A stretch of DNA of 51,782 bases, from contig JALAGF010005169.1 of the NCBI GenBank assembly GCA_030167865.1, forward strand, positions 1-51,782, read 5' to 3'. Below, piece after piece: positions 11,405 to 20,928 of this stretch. Under the pieces are notes generated by a model that did no database searches, was not told the DNA's origin, and was given only the letters and a program-made list of their open reading frames with translations. This DNA comes from Craspedostauros australis (taxonomy: Eukaryota). How positions within the stretch are numbered: position 1 is the first letter of the stretch; the number at the start of each line of letters is the position of its first letter. Position numbers and translations under genes: made by a program.

Positions 11405-14400
11405 ATGAACGGCAACGCATTCGGCGACAAGGAGTATGTGGAGGAGAAGGTGGCGTACACGCTGGATGCTAGCCAGCCCAACAAGTACCTGCCGCGCATC
11501 TCCGTGTCCAAGACGGTGGATCGCGTGGGCCGAGCGCGGGTGGACAAGTCCTTCCGCGCCTTCGAGGTCGATGACATCGCGCGCGTGCTGGACTTCGAGC
11601 AGGTCTCCGATGCGCCGCCCGATGGGCCCATGATGCACTGCGAGATCGATGCCGAGGGCAACATGACGTTTCCCAATCGCCATTTCTGCCTCAGAGGCGG
11701 CTTCCTCTTCTACTTCGATCTCTCGGAGGTCTCGGGAACGGGACAGTCGCACTACATCACCTACCACGGCCCGCCCATCGGCGTCGTGCCGCTCGATAAG
11801 ATACAGATCGAGTTCCCGCCGGGTGGACGCCGCGTCTTTCGCGAGCACGCGCACACGGATGCCCGCTCCGGCTACGAGCTCGTCGTGCTGCACACACCCG
11901 GCGACGACGGCGAGGCGCGTCCACCGGCCTTTCTGGTGGCGGAGAGCCTGGGTCAGAGGGAGAAGTGGGCGCATGCGCTGCGGGCACGGGCGGACATTGA
12001 CAGCATCACGGTGCTGCGGGCCGTGGCCTACACCGGCAACACCTTCGTCACGAACCCCATCCTTTCGCCAAAGTCGGGCGGCGAGACGGTGGGCATGTCC
12101 GTCGGCATGCCGGCGGCGGCATCGTCCACGCCCAAGGCAGGAGAGAACGGCAAGGGAAAGTCAAAGTCCAGATCCAGTCGCAAGTCATCCATGGCGAACA
12201 AGAAGGACGACAAGATGGGCGACGGCGACGAAGGCATCATCCAGGAGGCCCTGCACGAATTCGGAAAGAACAACTTCTCGGAGAAGGCTTGGATCGACCA
12301 GTACTTCGAGACGCACGCGGACGCCGATGCGCCGGCGAGATGCCGGACCATGGAGCAGTGGCAGGACGCGATCAAGAAGGGATTGAAGAATGCCGTGCTG
12401 GAGCAGTACGAGTACTTCGTCGAGGCGTCCGGGGAGATGACGACCATGGGCCGGGAGGTCATCGCCTTGAAGAACCTCGTGGAGACGCAGTTGGAGACCA
12501 TCAAGGAGATGAAGGAGATAGACTTCGGAAGCTCCATCTACGATAACCTAGACGACGATGGCAGCGCCGTCGACGATCTTCTGGAACCAGGAAAGATAAG
12601 GAAGGCCCGGCGAAGGAAGCCGGATTTCGGCGACGATCAATCCGATGTCAGCAGCGTTTCATCCTCCGATGACTTTGGCAACGGCAAGGACCGCGTCAAC
12701 GTGCGACTTCAGTTCAGAGATCCATCCAAAACTGAAGGTGCCATCGAGATACCTGCATGGTTCGACGATGTCACGGAAGAGATCACCGCCTTCGTCAAGG
12801 AGTGCAGGTACACGGACGCAACCGACCTGTGGGGGAAGGTCAAGCGGGATGTCAACGACATCATGCAGCTGGTAAGTTGCTGTTTTGTGTCTTTGCACTG
12901 TGTTCGGTGATAACGGATGTTGGCATTGGATTATCTTTGGGCGACAACTCGACGCAGTCGAGTGACGGTGTATTTGTCTCAGTATTACGCTTGAATTCAT
13001 TGGTCCATGATTGAACAACAAGGCTTACTCATCACACAATCACGCTCAACCATACGCAAATACGTACATGCGAATGCAATATGCGCGCGGCCATCATTAC
13101 TCTATTCCGCTCGTTTTCTACTCTCTTCATTCAATGCAGCACGAGCAACCGACGGACAATCACTTGACGAGAAAGCAGTACCAGCAACTGCAAGCGCTGC
13201 GGAAGAGCTTGGAGGAGCTGGCAGAAATGACGAGCAACCGATTGGTCGAGGCGCTGAGGCGAAAGAATGAGGCGCTGAAACAGGCATTCAAACGCGAACG
13301 CGCAGATCCCATGGCGCAGATGGCGCCGGCGGTGTCACCCTGCAGTCTCAGAGATGATACCATCCCGCTCAAGCTCCTTGTTAAGCTCGGCAAGACACAG
13401 GAGGCGGCCATGGCGTACTCGGCCAGGAGATCGCTGCTGTTGTTGGAAAGGTATGTATCTACGAGAATACACATATGTTGTACATGTGTGCAGCCATGCT
13501 TTGCGAATGTGTACGTGCGTGCGTTTGTGCGTGTCTGCTCCATGCAGTTCCGACTAGAAGGGAAATACAGATTGCCTCAACCTTGCTGTCTCCTTCTTTC
13601 TTTTTCGTGTCAAATCTCGCATCATCTGCTACAAAACAACGCAAACCGATTGGTAAATGGCTGATAGTCTGCACGAACGACCGATATCGGGCACGGGCAG
13701 CGTCGATTTGGTTATCTATGCTGCGCAGCTCAGCCAGGCGTTCTTCTCGTGTCTCGCGAGTTCCGTGGAAGGTTTCTTGGACCTCTTCATCGCCCCATCC
13801 CTGAACAACAGCAAGGAGGAGCAGAGTGGAGATGAAAGCTCAATCCAGTCATTGATCAACATTCGGAGTCTGCCACCTGGCGCGTTGGCGTCTGTTGTGT
13901 TGTGGTGCGACGCGGAGCTTGCCAAATTCGGTGCTGCCTTTGGCGGGACAAGGATCCTTGGAAATCTCGCGCTTTCGCCACCACCGAGAGATGCAGAGGC
14001 ACGCAGGGGGCCACGCGTATTGGGCCAAGGCAACGACGAAGTGGACATCAACAGAGATCGAACGGTGAGCAACGATATGTGCGCTTGCCTGTGCGCTTGC
14101 CTGTTTGTGTGTCTGTATTTTCATGGTGCACTTTGAACAGAGTGCAGCGTTGGAACACAAGCCATGATCTGGAGCTATGGGAAAGCACTACTCTGTGCTA
14201 TTCTGAACGAGTGACCTTTGCAAGTACCTTCCATTGAACTATTGAACTCACTGTACTGTTCCCTTATCGCGGCAACTCATGCGACGACGCTGTGTGCATT
14301 TATTGGGAAAATACGCAATGAATGCATGATTGACTGATTGATTACAGGCGGCCATCGAAGTTGCGGCACAGTGTGTCGGACAGGCATTCCAGTACGCATC

Positions 14401-14596
14401 GGAGAATCTGGATACAGTGGGTCTGCCACTGACTCCACGCCTTGCCGAATGCATCCGAGCACGACTGAAGGGTTGCGAGAAGGAAGTTGCCGCAATGTTG
14501 GATGAGCAATGGCACTACATCACAGTCGATTGGGAGCATCCTCCCACAGATGACGACATCCCGATTGACGAAAGGGGATCAATTCCCATGCTCTAA
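11405..14596 (+). CDS. EXO84: Exocyst subunit Exo84/EXOC8-like protein with N-terminal PH domain, about 807 aa; exons 11405-12871, 13140-13450, 13668-14064, 14348-14596
   Basis: Three GT..AG introns (12872-13139, 13451-13667, 14065-14347) give a continuous frame. PH motif (RHFCLRGGFLFYF..PIGVVPL..FLVAESLGQREKWAHAL). Vps51/CorEx-type segment (NFSEKAWIDQYF..AVLEQYEYFVEASGEM). Exo84_C-like helices (LLVKLG; YAAQLSQAFFS; ASVVLW; AAQCVGQAFQY..LDTVGLPL). Confidence 0.8.
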
Positions 14597-14994
14597 TGCG
14601 ATTCGATGTACAGCTACGACCATGTTATGCGCATGTCATGTAACGTTAGGAACATTATGTTGGCTTTCCGAAACATTGCGCTTGTTTGGAGAGCACCTTA
14701 CGCGTACGTCCATTGAGTATTGTATTGCTCATACTGAGTGAAACGGTACCAGTGCCATAGTTGCAATTGCACTTCGACGTGCACCATGCACTGTGGGTGA
14801 ATTTGAGGGTTTGCCGAAGGTCGAGTTGTTTTTGTTAACCCGCACTCTGCGCAAACATGCAGGAACACTCATTGCGTTGGCTCTCTGCCGCAAATGGAGA
14901 GAGTAGTACCATCATGAATGCCCGCACGCTGACCGCTCTGCGCTGACCGTTGCTGTGACCTCTCGCACCCGACGCAATCTCGTAGCTGACGCTA

Positions 14995-15646
14995 TCACAG
15001 CAGCTCTGGATCATCATCTTCGTATTCATCATTTGGGACCATCTGGCGTACCATTTCGCATTCAAAATGTTCATGTTGTCGTCGTCATCGTTGCAATTTG
15101 TACCATACATAAGCATAATCCAAGTACAACAAGTATTATGTAACAGAGGAGAATAATGTGTTCGTGTTGTTCGTGGAGACAAGAAGACAGAGGGTGGTCA
15201 GAGTGGAATGATTCAAGGTTGTTGATCTATCGCACAGCAACGCGCGTCGCAATCAGCACAGAACTCAATGTCTTGCATGAGATACAACACAGTGTGGATG
15301 CATCACTGACACATACCTGCATATCACCCAGAACCGTGTCCGCCCTCGCATTCGTTAATTGCATCATATACCGTTCCCTTCGTTGCTTCCAGACCGAGTA
15401 TCCCCACCACGCCAACGCCCCGACGCCGACAAGGAGAACGAAGAAGAAGAAGGACTTGAAGGAGCTTCCATCGTCGTCGCCGCCTTCCACCGTCGGCGCC
15501 ATCGTCGGCGCGTCCGTGGGTGCTTTCGTTTCGATATCCTGCAAGTTTTCATTGGCGCCCGCATCTTGCAGATGGCGGCTGCTTCTCTGCATCTCGCGCA
15601 GTATCTGGCCGACCCATTTGCGGTCGGTCGCGAAGGTATCCATCAT
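14995..15646 (-). CDS. Small single-pass membrane protein (125 aa) with C-terminal acidic dileucine tail; exons 15646-15317 and 15042-14995
   Basis: CAG|GTATGT donor at 15316 and CCAG acceptor at 15043 (phase 0). The second exon encodes MVPNDEYEDDDPELL*. TM segment FFFFVLLVGVGALAWWGYSVW is followed by KQRRER. Confidence 0.75.
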
Positions 15647-16513
15647 CGCTGATCTGATCCTTGAATGCTGCTTCTCTCTTTCGGTTCTTGCGGTTGATCG
15701 CTGTGATCGAGCACTGAGGCGTGGTACTCGTATTCTTTCAACAGAAGATCGTGGGCTTGGGCGAATCTGCAGCGGACGTGGTCTTCTCGGATCTCTGTTC
15801 TTGGTTGCGGGGAGACGCTTGGCGGCTTGCTTGATTGGACTCGGCCAATTATGTATTGTGCTGGAATCGTGATGTGATCTTCACACAGCAACAGAAGGAA
15901 CGCGCTCGATGAGTATCGAAATGAAAGCCCACGGCAATTGGAGAGCACGATGGAAAACGGGGAGAGCACGAGCAGTTGTGGCAGACGAGAATGGAGCGGA
16001 GATCGACATGGCCTTGATCCCGCCCATCAGCAATGATCGCCGCGACACACTGCCGCAGAGCGTGTCTTGTTTTCGGCCAAACGCCATGGTCATTCCCTGC
16101 CAATCGTGACAAGACTTTGCTACTTGAATCCCACGAAGCGCTTGTTGGAGCATAGCCTTCAAATTAATCTAGAGAGTATCTTCTTTGCCGTTTCATCTTC
16201 TGTTTCAAGTGCAACACTCCCCGCAAACAGACGACACAGTGCATGGAATGGCATCGCATGGCAGGGAACGGATGTCCACTAGAAATAAAACGGTAGTCTA
16301 AGGTATTCTCTCCAGTCTCTGTCGCCTGCGAGTGGCATTCTTGGTGGCACCCTTGCCTTGCCTTTCTTCTCGTATCCTTCCTTCTCTCTCTCTCCCTCTT
16401 TTTGTGCTTATTGCACGGTCCTGCACATTCTGTGTCATCAAGCCAACCTCAAATGAAAGTGAAGCTGCCAAGTGATACGTCGACATCTCTGGAGAGATCC
16501 ATACTACCGTGCT

Positions 16514-17308
16514 CTACAAATCGTCGTCCAAGTTCAGCACAAGATGCTCCTCGCCTGCCTTGAACGCCGGCTTGCCCAAGTACGGGCACGATGCACATCG
16601 GAAGGCGTCCCCCATACCGCACTTGCCGCACGAGCTGGACGGTGCCTGCTTCGGTGCCTTGTCCTTGGCAGTCGACGTACCCTCGCGCTCCGCTCTGCCA
16701 CACGTGCAGTCATCGCACGGCTTGCGTCCGGCACAATCATCGGCCTTGCTGCTGGCGCTCATGGCGGGCGGCGGGGCCAGGAGGTTGTTCTCATCCGTCA
16801 GGAGGCCGTCCTCATCGATCAATCCGTCGTCATCGCCCAAGGCATCATCGAGGCTGATTGTCACCGCGGGTCCTCTCGGCTTCTTCGTCTGGAGGGGTGC
16901 GGCCGAAGCGTTCGAGATGCTCTTCTTCGCCGCCTTCAGCACGCGCACCGAGTCCTGCTCCCGCCTCTCCGACTTGGATGCCAAACCAGCAAGGAGGAAG
17001 GACGTGTGCACGGTCTTCAGCGCAGATTCGGCAGCGTCGCCGACGATTCGAATGGAAACGGTGCTGGTCGGTTTCAACAACGAGGACCAGCTGGCCAGTT
17101 CCATGGGACCGTAGAGGCCGGACGCGCCGATATCGGACGATGCCACAGTAATCTCCAGCTCATCGAGCGAGGCCACGCCCATGTTGGACCGGCTGCTTGC
17201 AACCTCTTCGGCGGTGGTGGCCGTCACCGTCTTCATCTCTCCCGCTGGAGCAGCGGGCGGGGCAGCATTGCCCAGAATCAAACGAAGAGACGTGGTTGTT
17301 GATGACAT
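16514..17308 (-). CDS. DRE2: Anamorsin/Dre2 (CIAPIN1), cytosolic Fe-S assembly factor, 264 aa
   Basis: Acidic linker ([11 protein letters not shown]), motif [14 protein letters not shown], and motif [31 protein letters not shown]. The likely start is ACCATG at 17308, not the ORF-track start. Confidence 0.95.
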   Translation of the reverse strand: MSSTTTSLRLILGNAAPPAAPAGEMKTVTATTAEEVASSRSNMGVASLDELEITVASSDIGASGLYGPMELASWSSLLKPTSTVSIRIVGDAAESALKTVHTSFLLAGLASKSERREQDSVRVLKAAKKSISNASAAPLQTKKPRGPAVTISLDDALGDDDGLIDEDGLLTDENNLLAPPPAMSASSKADDCAGRKPCDDCTCGRAEREGTSTAKDKAPKQAPSSSCGKCGMGDAFRCASCPYLGKPAFKAGEEHLVLNLDDDL

Positions 17309-17685
17309 GGTGCTGACTTGTGTTTGCTGATCGTTCAGTGTGTGTACTATTCGTATGTGTGGGTGTGGTGTGTATTGCGTGATCAATCGCTTATTGTATG
17401 GTATCTGTGTGTGAGGGCGATCGTTCCTGTGGCGAAACCGAGTCTCTCTCTCCTTTCTTTGCGATGCAAATTGTGTGCCTCTGCTCTTCAATTGAATTCT
17501 TCAGTCTGAGTATGTTTGCGTTGTTGGTTGTGGTTGTTGCGTTAGCGTTCGTTTTCGTTCCTTCGTTTGTGTGCACGCGGTTCTCGTTGTATTCTGGGCG
17601 CAGAATCAAACGAGTTGGCTCTATCTTCGCAGTAGACATGCAAACCGATTAATAATCGTCTCATTCTTCGCCTGCAATACATCCG

Positions 17686-17709
17686 TTTCGGACAGTCAAC
17701 TGTCCGAAA
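17686..17709. promoter_or_regulatory. 24-bp near-perfect palindrome TTTCGGACAGT-CA-ACTGTCCGAAA upstream of DRE2
   Basis: Perfect 11-bp inverted arms with a 2-nt centre. The regulatory role is inference only. Confidence 0.35.
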
Positions 17710-17913
17710 ATAGTGTTTGTTGTCCTGGAGTGTTTGCGTGTCTGTTTGAAGATCATCGAGAAATAACTCTTGTGTCAGACAGACAGCACATGAATGAGAC
17801 CCCCATGGCTCCACCACGCCATTGATTGCAACAATGGAGAGACTCATCCTAGACAAGCATGCAAGAGGGGCAATGATGTATTGCGCTTTTACAGAGTCTA
17901 AATGTACTTCATT

Positions 17914-20436
17914 TTAACTTGGCGTGTTCCAAACCTCGACCTTCTCGTAGAGCGCCGGTCGGATGGAGATGGTTCTCCACCCTGTCTTCGGCGTGATGCG
18001 TTCCTGAACGACAGTGCCCGGAAGGCTGCCATTGACTTGCATTGCGGGCTGGCCGTTGGCGATACCATCGGTGGATCGCAATTCCTGCAGGCTGATGGTC
18101 TCGGTCGTGGTCGTGTGGAACTGGATCAGCGGCTCGCATTCTCCCATCATCGGTTTGGGGTAGACATCGAAGCTGGCATGGCACTTGATGGTGATGTCGG
18201 CCAACCGAACGAGGATATCCATAGTGCCCGGCCGCACCATGTGCTGCGAAGCTGGCAGGGTCGACATGCGCTGCGATGAGACGACCTCGACATCCTCCCC
18301 ACCGAAAAGATCGCGCACGACAAAGAAGGCATCGCCGCCGGTTCCAGTTCGGCTGGCGGCGATGAGCAATCGGCGCGTAAGGAGGTCCACCGTGGAGAGG
18401 TGGAAGCTCCTTCTTTTGGGAGGTTTCTGACTATTCCTTTTGTTCCTGGCAACGGACCTTCGGCTGTTGGGTGCGGCGGAGCTCGAGTCAGTGTCGTACG
18501 TTCCAGATATGTCGGCACCGGACGATTCCCCAATGTCCGACGACAGAATATCGCTGTCGTCTGTGGATGTTGTCGCGGCAGGAATGGGAATGGAGGAGGC
18601 ATCCGAGGGTGTCGTAGCAGCAGCACCTTGCTCCTGTCCCGATTTGGTAGATGCCGTCTCATTCCCCTCACTCTCGTTGGAGCTGCTTGGCTTTCGCGAA
18701 CTCTTGTTGGTCTTTGCGCCGGAGCGCTTGTTGCGCCCACGGCCATGCCCGCGCCGTTGCCTGTGCTTGGGGTATTCCGAGACGAGGGTCCTGGAGTTGA
18801 GCGTCTGGGTGAGGAGGTGGATGAGCTCCTTGCGGCTTGCGACCGGTGGCAGGACATGACCGTTGATGGTGATGACTTCGCGCTGCAGGTCTTTGAGCGC
18901 CTGCTTCAAGGCCGCGGAATTCTGCACCGGTGACGGGTTGGAACTGCTGGTGCGTGCCGATCGTAGTTGGAACGGCGTGTTGGCGCCGACGACGGAGGCG
19001 ATGGATACGTTGGGTGGCAGCTCGACGCTTTGCAGCTTGAGCTTGTAGATCTGGCAGACCTCGAGGAGGTGGCCGATGGATCTGAACTCCACCGTTTTGA
19101 AGAACCTTCTAATTTCCGGGTCGACCGCCAACGACAGCATGCGCTCGAGTTCGCAGGAGCGGACGACCTCATCCCAATTCGATTGCAGGTATTTGAGGTA
19201 CTCCACGATCAATGGCGTCAGACGCGTGTCGGCGGCAGCCTGGGGCGTGGAGAGGAAGGCGAGCGACGCGAAGGACGTGGTGTGCTCGTAGTCGCTGGCG
19301 ATGCGGCGGATGACCTTCTCGCCTTCCTTGGACAAGGTGTCGACCGCCAGCACTTCCTTCGTCATGCACTCGAGGAGGCGCACCAGGCACGGGGTCATGG
19401 ATCTGACGCACGCGGCGGTGTTGATGAATGCCTGCACGAGGCACTTGGCACGCGCCTTGATGGTCTTTGGCTGCTCCATGGCGATGACGCAATCCTCCTT
19501 GAGCGCACGCACGCGGATGAGGGTCCGAATGTATAGTTCGAGCCTGGTGACGAGCTGGGCCTCCGATATTTGCGGGCAGAGGCGACGCGGTGCGGGCGAC
19601 GCCATCTGGCGCACCAGGGATGAGCCCGGCATGCGAACAGATCTGACGGATGGCACGGTGGGCGACTTTGGTGGTGGCAGTTCCGATCGCGTCGACGATG
19701 GGTCCTTTGAGGCTCCAAATCCCGCAAGGCCATCCTTGACCGTCACCTGGTTGTTCTGCGGATTCTGCTCCGACCTCCACAGGACGTGCTCATGATGATG
19801 ATGGTGCTGCTGCTGCAGGATGGATCTGGAACTGAGCAACGCGTCCTCCTGCTCGTTCGCGAGATTGTCTGACCCGGTCATCGCCAGCATGCAGCCTGCC
19901 AGCATGGCCTCCATCCGAGTCTTCGTGCGTCGCGTGAGGCTCTGGTAGAGGCTGGCATTGCGCTCATTGCGTTCTTTGGTGGCGTTGTCCGCCTGCGGAT
20001 CGTCGGATGACTGCAGGTATTCCCTCCACTGGCTCTTCCCTGTGTTTGTTTTGGTTACTTTTTCTTTCGCTGTTGCCTTCGCTGTTGCTTTCGCTTTTGG
20101 TGCTGCTTTCGCTGTTGCTTTCGCTGTTGCTTTTGGTGCTGCTTTTGGTGCTGCTTTCGCTGTTGCTTTTGGTGCTGCTTTTGGGACCGCTTTTGGGACT
20201 GGACCGCTGGGTGCCTCCGCATGCAGACGAATGGCCTCCTCCGCGAGCAGCACCTGGATTGTGAGAGCGAGCACCGGTTCCCTGAGATGCATGCGCACGT
20301 TCTCCGAGTTTGGCTTGTAGGGATCCAGGTGGGAGATGTACCATTCCGCGACGTCCACAGCCATGCCTCGCGAAGTCGGCGGCAGCACGTTGCCATCGCC
20401 ATTGGCATTGCTTGGGCCGTTGCCGTTGGTGCTCAT
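17914..20436 (-). CDS. Protein of unknown function, 840 aa, with a KAA/KAT-rich repeat and an apparently structured C-terminal region
   Basis: Long uninterrupted ORF with coding-like codon usage. Ordered segments (ALKDLQREVITING; LLIAASRTGTGGDAFFVVRDLFG) are separated by S/K/R-rich disordered tracts. Confidence 0.85.
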   Translation of the reverse strand: MSTNGNGPSNANGDGNVLPPTSRGMAVDVAEWYISHLDPYKPNSENVRMHLREPVLALTIQVLLAEEAIRLHAEAPSGPVPKAVPKAAPKATAKAAPKAAPKATAKATAKAAPKAKATAKATAKEKVTKTNTGKSQWREYLQSSDDPQADNATKERNERNASLYQSLTRRTKTRMEAMLAGCMLAMTGSDNLANEQEDALLSSRSILQQQHHHHHEHVLWRSEQNPQNNQVTVKDGLAGFGASKDPSSTRSELPPPKSPTVPSVRSVRMPGSSLVRQMASPAPRRLCPQISEAQLVTRLELYIRTLIRVRALKEDCVIAMEQPKTIKARAKCLVQAFINTAACVRSMTPCLVRLLECMTKEVLAVDTLSKEGEKVIRRIASDYEHTTSFASLAFLSTPQAAADTRLTPLIVEYLKYLQSNWDEVVRSCELERMLSLAVDPEIRRFFKTVEFRSIGHLLEVCQIYKLKLQSVELPPNVSIASVVGANTPFQLRSARTSSSNPSPVQNSAALKQALKDLQREVITINGHVLPPVASRKELIHLLTQTLNSRTLVSEYPKHRQRRGHGRGRNKRSGAKTNKSSRKPSSSNESEGNETASTKSGQEQGAAATTPSDASSIPIPAATTSTDDSDILSSDIGESSGADISGTYDTDSSSAAPNSRRSVARNKRNSQKPPKRRSFHLSTVDLLTRRLLIAASRTGTGGDAFFVVRDLFGGEDVEVVSSQRMSTLPASQHMVRPGTMDILVRLADITIKCHASFDVYPKPMMGECEPLIQFHTTTTETISLQELRSTDGIANGQPAMQVNGSLPGTVVQERITPKTGWRTISIRPALYEKVEVWNTPS
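20065..20197 (-). repeat. Coding 12-bp minisatellite encoding (PKAA/AKAT)n
   Basis: Tandem units such as TTTTGGTGCTGC and TTTCGCTGTTGC on the + strand. Confidence 0.85.
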
Positions 20437-20520
20437 TCTGGTGGTGATGTGTGTGGTGACGGTCGTAGCGATGCGAGTGCTTGTGTCGTTCTCAACAAGT
20501 ATGAGCTATGGCGCCTCCTG

Positions 20521-20522
<2 letters not shown>

Positions 20523-20557
<35 letters not shown>
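20523..20557. repeat. (TC)n microsatellite in the divergent promoter/5' UTR region
   Basis: About 17 perfect dinucleotide units. Confidence 0.95.
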
Positions 20558-20560
<3 letters not shown>

Positions 20561-20928
20561 GATGAAGGGACAGGAAGAGGAAGAGGTTGTGTGCGACTTT
20601 GGTTTGATGTGGTGTGTTGAGTTGTGTCTGTTTTGGGTCACAATGATCCGCACATCTCATCCCACGCAACGAACCCTTTCCAACAGCGCAATCGGACGAA
20701 GGACGGGCGTCATCACGTTCTCAACGCTTCTTCTCTTGTGTTGGCGCGAACATGACCGCTTCGACTAAATCACAACCCGCCAAAAATGGAGAACAAGATC
20801 GTCCTCACGCTCCTGCGCGAACAATGGCATCATGCCACGCATCGCCTCACCCACCTTCTCGCACGTACCACACATGGCACAGTTTCTGTCACCATCCCTT
20901 CCAAGCCCATTGCGAGCAATGACGCATC

